A DNA stretch of 64,000 nucleotides from Yuukianura sp. NJ FZ-2021. Taxonomy: Eukaryota. The stretch spans positions 3,720,001-3,784,000 of the forward strand of contig CM102284.1 in NCBI GenBank assembly GCA_046563655.1, written 5' to 3'. Under the pieces are notes generated by a model. It was not told where the DNA came from and did not search any database. It worked only from the letters and a program-made list of their open reading frames with translations. Below, one piece after another: positions 12,347 to 24,676 of the stretch. Numbering within the stretch: the first letter of the stretch is position 1; the number at the start of each line of letters is the position of its first letter. The translations under genes and the position numbers were made by a program.

Positions 12347-15300
12347 CTATAGATGAACAGCTCCATTTTCATCGACAATGATATTGTCGTAGTCTGTCGG
12401 ATGTTGATGAATTGTGGCATAGGAATGTGAGAATTGTGGTGACGACTGTCGCTGTGGCTGTCGTTCCTCCTGTCCCGGATCTTCTTCTACGCTGTTCCCA
12501 TCTTCCGTGCTGTTTGTGTTGTCCAAGTCACTGGCAACTTGCATCGTCAGTTCTTGCTCTTCGTAAGTCTTCATTTTACTACAAGAAACAAACAGGGTTA
12601 GAAAATGTCTGTCAAATTTCAAGATCTCAGTATTCAAAATTTTGAAAACACTGACTGGTCAATCCACAAAGGATTGTCGGTGGCCATGTCCTCGATCATC
12701 TCTGGCTGCTGTTTCAGAATTCTGCTCTGCATCGTCGGTGTCCCAGGGGCACTTCTTCCTGGATGCAACGGATACTTCATGCCACTGCTCAGTTGACTTC
12801 CTTTCAGTGACCTCCTGTTACAACAAAAATTCAAAATTTTCAAACAAAAATAAAATGAATAAGAAAAGTCAGTAAATTCAAAATTTTCACAAAGTTTTAC
12901 TCACGCCGAGTACATCTTGTTGAGACAACAGCAAATGGCGAGCAGAGTCGCCAGTCCCAAGCAGAGTAGAGCCACCAAGGCCACTAGTCCTGCAAATGCA
13001 GTGTCAAATGACTCGCGATCGTTCAGGAAAATGTGTCCGTCGACCTCTGTTGACCCCATGGCTGGAACGGCACTGAAAAGCTCAAAGGTCACTCCAGCCT
13101 TCTGGAGCTTGTCGTGGCCCAGATCCAGCGCCTGAAGCAGTTCTGGCACTGGAACGATCTGATTGGACGATCTGTCAATCGCTGACACATAGACGTCGCT
13201 CCTAAAAACCAGAAACGGAATTAATGTACTGCGTTGAATCGGAGTATTCGGAATTGTTCGGGAACTTACCAAAGTTTGTTGACTGTTCGATCTTCATTTA
13301 CGTGCGGAGTGATCTTGTTAATAAGAATGAGTCTGCCAGTAATGTTTCCCAGGAGGTCAGTGAGGTCATCACGCAGCATTTCCATCGGTGGAGTTTTGAT
13401 GGTTAAAATGGACTCTTGATTGTCTTCGATTACCCAAACGCGAACTTGCGTCGCATCTTGATAAAACGGTGCGATGGTCTCCTTTACTCCGACTTTTACA
13501 AGGAATTTGTTACCACCTCCGACGTATTTTTTCATAGCTGTTTTGGACAGCGACAGCCGACCATTATTTTCATCTACTTTGAACGGAGATGGCAGCACGG
13601 CTCCGCCAGAGTTCATCCCATCTAGAAGCAGAAATGATCCTAGCAGAGAGTACTGAACAAAAGGCTGACTAGAAGGATCAACATCAGTTGCAGTTATTGT
13701 CAAAATTTCCCGCCCTGGTTCGCTATTTGAATTGATTCCAGCGAAGTACTCCCGCGCTGAAAACCGCGGACTGTTGTCGTTCAAATCCTCCACAGTGACG
13801 CGAACAACGACCATGGCGGGTTCGCTTAGGACTTGTTCCAGTTTCATAATCTCAACGGATTTCTAAAATTCCAAATTTTGAAAAACTGTCAGATTGATGG
13901 AAAAAACTAAAATTTTAAAAATTAGTCGTAAAAGTTTACGTTGGCCATAGGTGAAGCGGATGCTCGGACAAAAAACGTGTAGGAATTGATTCTTTCGTGG
14001 TCCAAAACAGCGTTGGTGTAGATGGCGCCACTTTTGATGTCAACCCGGAAGTCGTTGTGGATGTAGTGTTGGTTGTCTTCAGTTGCAACGAGAAAGTAAA
14101 AAACTTGAGCATTTCTGCCTTCATCTTCATCTTTGGCTTCAACTTGACCTAAAGTACAATCAAAATGTCAAAATTATAAGTTGAAAAAATTAAGAAACTA
14201 CGAGCACTTAAGTTTCGCTTGTTACCGATAAACGTGTTTTCAAGTGAATTTTCTTTGATACTGAAGTTGTAATCACGAAATTCGACGAATTTTGGAAAAT
14301 TGTCATCGATATCTAAAAAAAAAATAATAAAAACATTTTAAGCATGTAGGTTAGTTTCTGTTTTGTAGTGTAGTTAAAAGTTAAATAAAATTTATATAAG
14401 TCCCCGCTTTGGTAGAGTGGAACGTCTCAACTGGTTAGGTCCAAACCACCAACAAGTATACTCAAAACGAAATTATTATTCAATGGAATTAGAGATTGAC
14501 AAGCGTTTTTGACCTACCTTCCACCACAATGTTGAGCATGTCATGCGTCTCAGTAGAAACTGGTTTTCCACTGTCCCTTGCAACGACCACCATCTTTAAA
14601 ACATTGGTTGCAATTAAATAAGCAACATCATCCTAAAAAATAGTCTAACTAGCTTCCACTTTGTGTCTATTCTTCATTAATTTACATTGTAGCGATTGAT
14701 TTTTTCCCGGTCCAGTGGTCGAATTTGAACGATTCTGCCAGTGTCGCGTTCAATTCGAAATTCCTCCATTTCAGTTACAAGATTTGAGTTGTCTTTGAAA
14801 AAGTACTCCAGTTCGCCAGCCGCTCCCTCATCAAGGTCAAAGGCCAACAGTTGACCCAATACTTTACTAAAGTTCCCTCCAGCAAATTTTGCAACTTCCG
14901 CTCGATTTGACTAAAAATTCGAACATTTTAAAAACTTGAAAACAATTTTTCAAAAAAAAAAAATCAACGAAAAAACAAGTAAAACGTTTTACGGCGAGTC
15001 TACCTCAAGTGCTGGAAGTGTTGAGTTGACCCTGTTTGGAAACGTGAATTCCGGTTTTCTGAAATTTCCTGGAAGTATTGTGACGACGACACTCGTGCGG
15101 TCGTAGTGGTCATCTCCAGAAGTATCGTCTTTTCTATCTGTCACTTCCACAATCAATTGATACTGGCCTTCCTCTTCATGAGCTCTGGAAGCTCTAACAA
15201 TACCCGTCCGAGCTTCCATGTCAAAAATTCCCAGTTCGTTTCCAGAAATGATTTTGTAGCGAAGGTCATCCGTGCCCTCTTGATCCCCACCAGTGGCACT

Positions 15301-18300
15301 GACCTTGATGAGTTCTTGCATAAAGTATAGCGGAGCATACACACTCATTCTGTAATTCTTGATGTCAATCTTGGGCCAATTGTCGTTCAAATCAATCACT
15401 TTTACTGATACAGTTGCAAATGCATGGTGCTCAGCGTCTTTGGCACGAATTCCAAGCGTCAAAGTATCGGTTTTCATGATTTCACGGTCCAGCAGCGTTG
15501 TGCCTTCTTTTGTTGCTGTGATTTGGCCTAAGCGGTCTATTTTGAATGCACTAGAGTACATGCTCGGTTCAATTTCGTAGTAAATGACGTCGCCATCTTC
15601 GTCTGAAGCTGCAACCGATATTAAAATTTGTCCTTCTACCGGATGCTCTTCAATTTCTGCAAAATACGCCGTCTGAAAAACATTTTAGCATACACAAATC
15701 AAAATTTTTAACAACATTCAAGATAGGTCGGATACTGTTTTCTCCGGAATTCATTTCTTGGAAATTCAAAATTCAGTTTGGAAATGGAAGTTAGGAAGAC
15801 AAAAAAAAAGCGTTTTTTTAATACCTGATCGAATACTGGCGGGTTGTCATTTATATTAAGGAGAGACACCATGACAGTTCCAGTGGATGACAACTGCGGA
15901 AGTCCCGAGTCGACGCAGACCACTGTCAGATTGTACATTGGACGATCTTCAAAGTCCATCCGTCCAGCTACTTTGATCTCCCCAGTTTTGTTGTCAATAC
16001 TAACAAATTCTGAACCTTCGCCAATGAAATAGTTTGAAATTTGTCCTCCCTCGGGGTCTTCACAGCCCAAGGTCAAAATGGCCATTCCCACTGGCAGTTC
16101 TTCATAAGTCTCAATTTCAACGTCTTCAATTCGTGGAGGTAGAATGTTCACATCAAAAATTGTGATGATCAGTGACCCTGTGCTGCTTGACCCTGGACGG
16201 GAAGTTTGTGAAGTCAGATGAATAGTCAGATTGACGCTGGTCACGAGGTCACGCATAAGTGAATTGGCGACAGTCACTTCTCCATCTACGCTGATTTGAA
16301 ACAAGTCCTGCGGAAGTTCAAAATTTATATTTTAAACAAGAAAAGTCTAAAAAATTATTTAACAAAATGTATTTTATAAAGTTTTTGAGAATTACTTTGA
16401 AAATTGCTTCATCCGTGACCATTTTGTTGTCGAGATTTCTAGCAGTGATGGGAGCAACTATTGAAAAATTGAGTTTCAGATTTTCCTGGAGAAACTTCGG
16501 ATCCAATTCGATTTTGGCCACAAAATCTCCGACTTTGGCAGATTCGGAAATTTGGGCTCTCTGAACTGCTGGTAGGATTGGCGGTAGAGGTTCATATACA
16601 TTTACAACGTCAATGTGCAGTGAGGTCGTTGACCTCAGTGGTGGTGACCCCAGGTCATAAGCGCTAACTACGAGGTCATACTTTGACCTCACCGTGTCAT
16701 CAAGGAAATTCCTCAGCCTGATTTCGCCACTGTCTTTGTCAATTGCAAAAGTTCCATGATTTCCAGAGTCGATAGAATACTCAACTTGCCCATTTCGATC
16801 CAAATCGGAATCAGTCGCTTCCACTTTAGTTATCAGCGCTCCCAGCGGAGTATCTTCTGCAACACGAAAAGTTCGCTGCAAAGTAGCGCTGAAGACTGGA
16901 TTGTTGTTGTTGATATCTAAAACGCTGATGAAAACTGGAGTTGAAGCGCTGAATACCCCATCGTTGGCGGTGACATTAAAAGAAAAGTTTCCTGGAGGGA
17001 GCAAACCGTTTCGGATTGTGAGTTCCGCGGTGTTCGGGTCGATTTGAAAATACTTCCGAGCAGTGGATCCTTCAAGGTCATTGACTTTATAGCTCATAAG
17101 CGTCGTTTCATCAACATCTTTTGCCTTAATAAAAAACCGTGGTTCGAAATGGCGTGAATTTTCGAGTAGAGTTCGATGAAATTTTGAGTCGAAATAGGGT
17201 TGGTTGTCGTTTGAATCCAGAAGTAGAATTTGAAGTGGAGCAATTGCGTGTAGAAAGCCTTGTGTTTTGTGGCTGTCGCTGGCCATGAAAACGAGGTCAT
17301 AGGATTTCTGGGATTCGAAATCCAGGCAAGCAGCAGCGGTGACTGTATGATTGTCACTGGAATTTGGTTCTGGACAATCGGCTACAGAAATTTCGCCAGT
17401 TTTGGCATGGACTGAAAACTTTTTACTTCCAGGTCCAACCAATTGGTAGACGAGACCCTCTCGACCGAATTCTTTTGAATCCGGGTCAGTTGCCGTAATC
17501 AAACCGATTTTTGTTCCGGGTTTGGTTGATTCCGGTATGGCAAATGAGAAAACGTCCTGGACAAAACTTGGCTTGTTGTCGTTCTGTAAAAAATATAAAT
17601 TGAAAGTTGGAATTAAGTTACGAAATACACAGTTAGGAAATATTCAGGAATGCGTACCTCATCTAAAATGGTGACGGAAATTGTACAAGATGAAGCCAGT
17701 TCAGGTTCCTCCATATTCTCAGCAATAACCTATAAACGAATACGTATTTAAAACACGCCATATTTCAACTGCGTACTACAGGTTCAGTGAAGATCATTAG
17801 TGAACTTTGTCCGAATTGTGAAATTTTACTTTGGTTACAAAATTTTAACTTGCGAATGTCAGTGAAATGCAACAGTTGTTACCAAAATGAGGAATTTGCG
17901 TTCATTAGGATTTTCGTAGTCGAAAACTTTCTTGACAGTGATGACAGGTCTAGCACTGCCACTGCCAATTTTTGGTTCTGAAATTTTAATCAAACATCAG
18001 CAAAATTACTTTCTAAATTAGTCATATTGTTCAAAAATTGGCCTTTTTTCCCCCATAAAAGAAAGAGATTTACCAATATCGAAAAATTCGGAGAGTGGGC
18101 CCTCAATTCTGAGAGTGAAATCAGCGAAAGTGCCCTGCGAGAAGCAGCATGCAAAAAGCAAATTAATTCAACAATGAAAATTTGTCGTTCACTAAAAACT
18201 GACCGAGTCTTCATCGGACACCAAAATCTCAAGGTCAGGAAGCGGCGTTCCAGCGGGCGTGTTTTCACTAATTTCTGTCCAAAACTCTTTTTGATTAAAC

Positions 18301-21004
18301 TCTGGAGCAAAATCGTTCACCTAAAAAAATACAAGATGAGTATTAAATAATAGTAATTAAAATTAAAAGAATTAATTAATCTAAGCAAACTTATTTAAGA
18401 TAATACAGAATATGGCGAGAAACGATAGCAGCTTGTAGGAATGACTTACATCGTCAATTAGAATTGAAATATTTCGAACAGTGTAGAGTATGTCCACGTC
18501 AGGTTGCGTTCTAGTTTCATCAGAGTGCAAAATTTCGAGAGCTTTCAGTTCCAGTGTCACCAAACTTCCAAGGACTTCTCGATCCAGTGGTCGAGTCGTC
18601 GTCAAATGTCCGCTGTTGGCGTCTAGTTGAAACGAGTCTCCTGGATCTACGTGTCAAACGTGACCTTATGACCTCATGGCAAAAATCAGTCATAGTTTTG
18701 TTTCTTGAGATGAATTACTCACTGCTGACAATGGACAATGTGATGTCCCTTGGATTGCCCAAGTCCCCATCTCGTGCTTCCACAATCATCGCAAGAGTAC
18801 CGACCGGTGCGTCTTCCATGACCCTGCCTGACATGGCACCCACAAACACTGGAGGCGTATTCTGGACATCTTGGATCCGAATAAGAACAGGGGCGGTGCT
18901 CAGATGCTCTCCATCCTGTTTCCAAATCAATCTAGATATGTACTTTCAGAATTGTCATTCCACAAAACACAAAAAGCGTTTTTGTAAAAAAAAATTAAAA
19001 AGCAAACTAAAATATTGATATTTCTCTACGCCATCTAGTACAAAAGGAGTTTGAAATTGACGAAAGAAACATTTGTTTTTAGTTGTATATCAGTTTTTGC
19101 TGCAAATGTTTTCATGAATTTGGAGTTTTACAATGTGTGTTTTCGTATTTCGTTCAAAAATTTTTACTGTGAAATAATTTTGCTAATTTAAGTTATGTTG
19201 CAAACTGTAAACTCTTACGGAAGCGCCTAGAACGAACTGGTACAGAGAGCGCTTGTTAAAGTCCAATTTTTGACCCAGCTTCAAATCCGCTTTGAGTTGA
19301 CCCGAAGTCGCCTCCCGGATTTCAATTTGGAAAACGTGACAGGCTTCTGGAGACTAGATAGAATTTAAAACAAAGATTTTCTTAACAGTAAATCGGAATT
19401 AGCGAGCGAAGAGCAAATTTAAGAGGAATTCAATTAAGTTAAAACTTGAAACTCAAAATTTAAAAGCGAAGAAATTATAAAATAATTTAATTTGAGGAGG
19501 GGTAGAGATGATATGTAGGAGGAAGCTGTTAAGTGGGCGTGACCAGTTTGTTGCTTTGTTATTGTTATTTGCAATACAAATTCCAAAGTTATTCACTTCA
19601 TCAATGGTCCATTGACCTACTGTACTCGTCCCCATCTTCCTCCAACACCAAACAATTGCTTTCAACATCCCAAACCAATCCCTTCTTTCTTATAGTCTAC
19701 CAAAATTGTCTCCGAAAAAGCACAACTTTCTTTATTAAAGAAAAGAAAAGGAATTTCTAGGAAAACTTGTACAATTTCGCACAATTTCAAAAAAATTGGC
19801 AACTGAAATCAGTTGACAAAAATTTTGCGAAGGTGTTAAGAGATGCAAGTGTAGTATTTGGTTACCTGTAGCGTTGGAGTACAGTTAAGGCTCAAATCGA
19901 GTCCAGTTAAATCCGGATCTTCAATCACAATTCCCAGGATTCGTCCACCCACTTTTGTATCTTCAACGATTTCCACTGATTCATATGAACTCTTCGAAAT
20001 GAAATCAAAAACGAAAATTGAAAGTTTTGCAAAACAATCTGCGATGAAGATTTAAAATTTCAGAATTTTCAAAATGAAAAGCACCTTGTTTAAAAAAGCA
20101 GGCGGATTGTCATTGAGATCTGAAATTTGAATGACATTTTTAACTGGAACAAAGTTGGCCGCATCTTCATCTTGCACAGTGACAGACACTTTGAGTCGAT
20201 CCTCAGCCTAAAGATGCCAAAAATTGTGAATTGTGGGCATGAACAATAGATTTTGCACAGTGGGCTAATCTATTGTTATTTACCTCTCTGTCAATTGGTT
20301 TGGCAATTGTGATGACTCCTGTTCGTTCGTCCACTGTCAACTTGTCTGTACCCATGATGCCATAGCGCAACATAGAATTTTCTGGGTCAATTCCCACGAG
20401 GCGAAAGATTGGCGTTCCAACAGGAGTGTTTTCAGGAATTACGACATTGTTTAAATCTTCTTTCAAATAGGGAGGCAGGTTCAGTCCACTGCAGAAATAA
20501 TCTGCAAATCAAAAAAGTATTTTCAAAAAATGAACTATCAAAATGCTTTTTTGTGAGGAAGGCCTTCAAAACCGTGGGCGTAACACTGCGCTTATTATCC
20601 ACGGTGAGTGACCTGTCTTAATGACCATCTTAATCCCAAGTTCAATACCATCAACGCAGTTTAAATCAAAGTCTGAGAGCCATGACCATTGCAACGAAGC
20701 CAACGAGCCAATTGCAACCTTTCAATCTTCAATACAGATCGAGCTGCACTTAAACTCTCGAATTAAAGGTTAAAACTCTCGAATTTAAACTCACAGTTTA
20801 CAATTTTAGTAAAAACTGTGGTTTTTAGGGTGTCGTAGTTTAAAAAATTTAAATTGAATACAAAAAATGTGGATTTATTCAAAATTATAATAATTCTGAT
20901 CTATAATTATAATAATATGTGAAGATCTATAATAGTATGCGCAGTTGATTACCTTGATGCAGTGTAATACTTCCGAGGAGCGTGATGATGAAGAGGCGTG
21001 ACAT
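12347..21004 (-). CDS. Cad87A: Large multi-exon non-classical cadherin, Cad87A-like
   Basis: Signal-peptide exon MSRLFIITLLGSITLHQ (20953-21004), first repeat NLPPYLKEDLNNVVIPENTPVG...PIDRE, and many cadherin repeats (DxNDNxP, LDRE/LDFE). TM helix AFAGLVALVALLCLGLATLLAICCC, then a cytoplasmic tail with TDNPLWID..KMKTYEEQELTMQV. Confidence 0.85.
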
Positions 21005-23159
21005 TTTAAGATGATTTTGAGAGTGACGCGCTCTTAAAATTCCCACAGTTTTTCATCCGAAACCTTTGGTCAAACACTTTTTGCACTAAAACTGCCCTCG
21101 TGGAACTTAAAAACGTAAAAATGCAATCTCAATGTCACTGTCAGGAATTAATTGCAGCACAAGCACGACTACTTTTCTGAATTCGCAAATTTTTAAATCC
21201 AAAACATGCGTTATGAAAGTCACTAGTAAAACAATATTTTAAATACTGGTGTGACGCGTGTAACTTTGGACGTTCACTTTTTCATTTCAACTTTGCAATT
21301 AAAATGGTCACTGAAGATGCTTCGTGTGTTTCAAAATCTGAAAATTGTTTGACCCAGTTCCCAGCAGAACTACAAAACAATGCCACTCCGTGTATTCTGC
21401 GTACAAGTGTATTGCTACAAAATGTTTAACTTTTGCTTTATTTGTCCTTTCACTGTTTTTCAGTGGGAAGAAGGGCACTGTTTCCGTTTTTCATCACTTT
21501 TCCCTTCCACCAAGGTTTCACAAGATCCTTAAGGGATGAGAACACATTGCCAAATACCGGTAATCCAAATTGCAAATACCGGCAATCACCCGATAATTGG
21601 ACAAGATTCCCGTAGAGATCCAATACTCAATCGAACTTCAAGTGTATTAATGCAGGACACTCATTTGAAATGATGGCCTTCATTCCAAATACCGTTAGTT
21701 TTAACCAAAAATTCAATACTAGGCACTACAGCTCAAAATTTGATGGTAACACAATGTAACTGTCGCGACGCTCAAAACTGTCGAAGCTTTCACTTCAACG
21801 CGGCGTCTTCAACAACGTAAGCGTCACTGCCACTTGTAGTTTTCTAGCATCACAGCTACGAATTTACCCACAAAAACCGAAAAAGGTTGTGGATTTTCTC
21901 GGTTCTTTAGAAAATGACAAAAACGCTTTGAAATTATGAATTTGCAAGAATGTTGTAGTTAAAGTTTGCAAAAGATTCAAGTTGCACTGTTGAGTAATGA
22001 ACTTTTGAGGTTACTTAACCAAGATTTGGTGATTCTGAAAGAAGTACTAACCGGATAAGCCAGTCAGTCGGTGGGTTTAGGAAACAATGGGAATTGTTGG
22101 CCACAAGCACCCTGGGAAATGACTGAATTCGTAAGGCCATTCCACACCTAACATTTTCATCTTCACCAAAAATCCTTCTCCCCAGCCCTTAACAATTTTC
22201 TTACTGTACAGACAAGGAACATGGAAGAATTAAGAAGCTCGAGGCAATCAGAAGAACTTCCCATAGGTTATGTGCAGTGTCCAACTTCTGCTTCCCGTAT
22301 TAAAAGGACACACTAGGTTTTTGCCCTCTCAAAACAAAACAAAATTCAACATTTTATGAACACACAACACAAATTCTTATGAATTTTGACAAATCATATA
22401 AAAGCTTTCTCCCCAGAATCACTTACCAAAATTTCAAAACTCTTCTGCTATGGTAGCTTCGTCATAAAAAGTAATGCCACGCTTAATCGAGCAACTGCAA
22501 ACCATCCTAACAATTAAACATAAGTTAAAATTCCTCATTTTGCAAAGTTCATTTTTTTGCGAGAAAGTGAATGCACAATTTATTTTCATTTTCTCTCTCT
22601 CCATGAAAATTGAAATTATGGAAGGTCACACAACGCTCCGCTTAGAAAAAGATCGAGATCTCGTGAGAAATCGCAAACAGTCGACAGTATATATATCCCA
22701 CATAGCCAGCATAATTTGGGAGAGTTTTGGGAAATATAGTATTGTTCGGGGAAATAAGTTTTACGGATATTTGATGACATTTTTATTCGGAAAATGTCCG
22801 GGCCATTTACAAGCCTGGGATGATTCGTTATTTTGGGAGAAAATTGTCGAACTAGTATGGTCCACTTGCGATATTTGTCTGGTAAATACTGTTCTGGGTT
22901 ATATTCCAAAACTAGTATTTGGCCCAAGTTTGGTGTGAATACTTCTGGTAGTATTACGGCATGGGAAGTTTGGGCCATTTAAACCTACGCAGATATTTTT
23001 TGAGTGAAATCTCACTTGTTTGGGCCAAGTGCGGGAATCACCAAAAATTATAATGCATAAAAGGATGACGCAACATCCACCTTCCTCGTGCTCACATCCA
23101 AACTTCTTCCGTTAGGAGCTCATTTCAGTGTTTCTGGTAGATTCTTTAGTCTGACAGTC

Positions 23160-24676
23160 ATGGACCGATTATATTCGGTTGTCAGTTTTCCGTTAGAAAA
23201 TTCCGTGGAAGCAGTTCCTTCTAGCTGGTTGTCAGAAGACAGAACCGTTTGCCAGTACCCAACTGGTCCAACTGCTCAGCAATTGATAAAGAAGTGCGCT
23301 CTTCCGTTGGATTCATGGCCGGTACATCCTTGTGTTGAACTAAGAGGAGGAAGTAAGTACAATTTTTATAGTTGTGAACAGGGGTATCTAGATTTGAAGT
23401 GAAATGTAAAGATGATCTATCTATGTATCTGATCAGTTGTGTCACTTTTTTTTTCAGAAAACCGAAAAGAAGCAGTCCGTTTGGCAAAGCGAGCGCTCAT
23501 AACTGATGACTTCTTAAGTGAACGCAGTGATATCGAAAGCGACATTCGTAATCGTGAACCACTGACAAGTTCAACGGAACCGGAGCAAGGTGGCGAGTTG
23601 ACAGAAGGTAATATCTTACATGTATTTGTTTAATATCCAAAATATTACATCCTTTGCTGTAGTAGAATATTCTAATAACTGAACTCGGTTGTATTTACAG
23701 AAACTTCTTTCACTGGAAACATTGAAGTTATTACCCCTGCATGCATAATTGCTACATCGGCTGAATTTACCGGATTTGTGGAAGAATTTCGGGGTATAAA
23801 ATAATTACAATTTGTACCAACCAACTATTTACCTACTCCCATGTCAAACCAATGTATTTTTCCCCTAGCATTTCAAGAACATGTGATCACAACTCTGGTC
23901 GATTTGAAGGAAACCCTGGCACATTTACTTAACTCAAGAAACGATCAGTTTGGGAACGACTTTACCATTGCCAAAAACGCACTAGACCAGTTCGCCTTGC
24001 CTTTGACGTCTCCCACCGGGTTGGACGAACTAATCAAATGGACTAAATCTTGCGATGAAAACAGAAACTTCTTTGTAAGACACGTTATGTTTTTTTTCTA
24101 GATAACTGTAACGATTTTTTTTGAAAGTAGGAACTAACGTTGTCCGTTATATTACTTTAGGTGACCGTATTTAGTGCACAAGGGGGAAAAACTGTTCGTG
24201 AGGCCATTGATCGTATCATGAAAAAATTGTTTACGAAAGAACTGGCACAAACTTTTAGTTTAACTGGAAAGCGGTCACGTGGAAGTGTCGATAAGTCGTC
24301 CCTACAAGCTACTGGAGTGTTGGAGCTAATTCTTGGTAAAAAATTAAGTTTTAAATTAAATACCCTGAGGGTAACCTAACCAAGTTAATTTTGATTGTGT
24401 TATACCGACCATTATATTTATTAAGAGAAAACCTGAAAAACTTTAAATCGGCTAACGTAATTACCAATTACCACTTATCGTAAATTTTTTGTTACAGAAA
24501 GCCTGAGATCGAATAAGGAAACCAAAGAATTTACAGAAGCCGAAATCGAAAAAGGAGTCGCAAAGTATCTCAACGGAATTGGGGACAAGTACGGTGGAAG
24601 AGAAGTTCGCAGAAATCGACAAATTCAGAATGAGCTCCCCACAGGCTCAGCAGCAGCGCAGACGACGCAAAATTAA
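23160..24676 (+). CDS. Transposon accessory protein, DUF4806-like, 6 exons
   Basis: N-terminus YSVVSFPLENSVEAVPSSWL, core GGKTVREAIDRIMKKLFTKELAQTFSLTGKR, C-terminus IEKGVAKYLNGIGDKYGGR. Five GT-AG introns keep the frame through to TAA at 24674-24676. Confidence 0.75.

Noticed and set aside
21548-21615. ATACCGG(T/C)AATC repeated motif resembling a transposon subterminal fragment
   Set aside because: Too short, with no termini or TSD.
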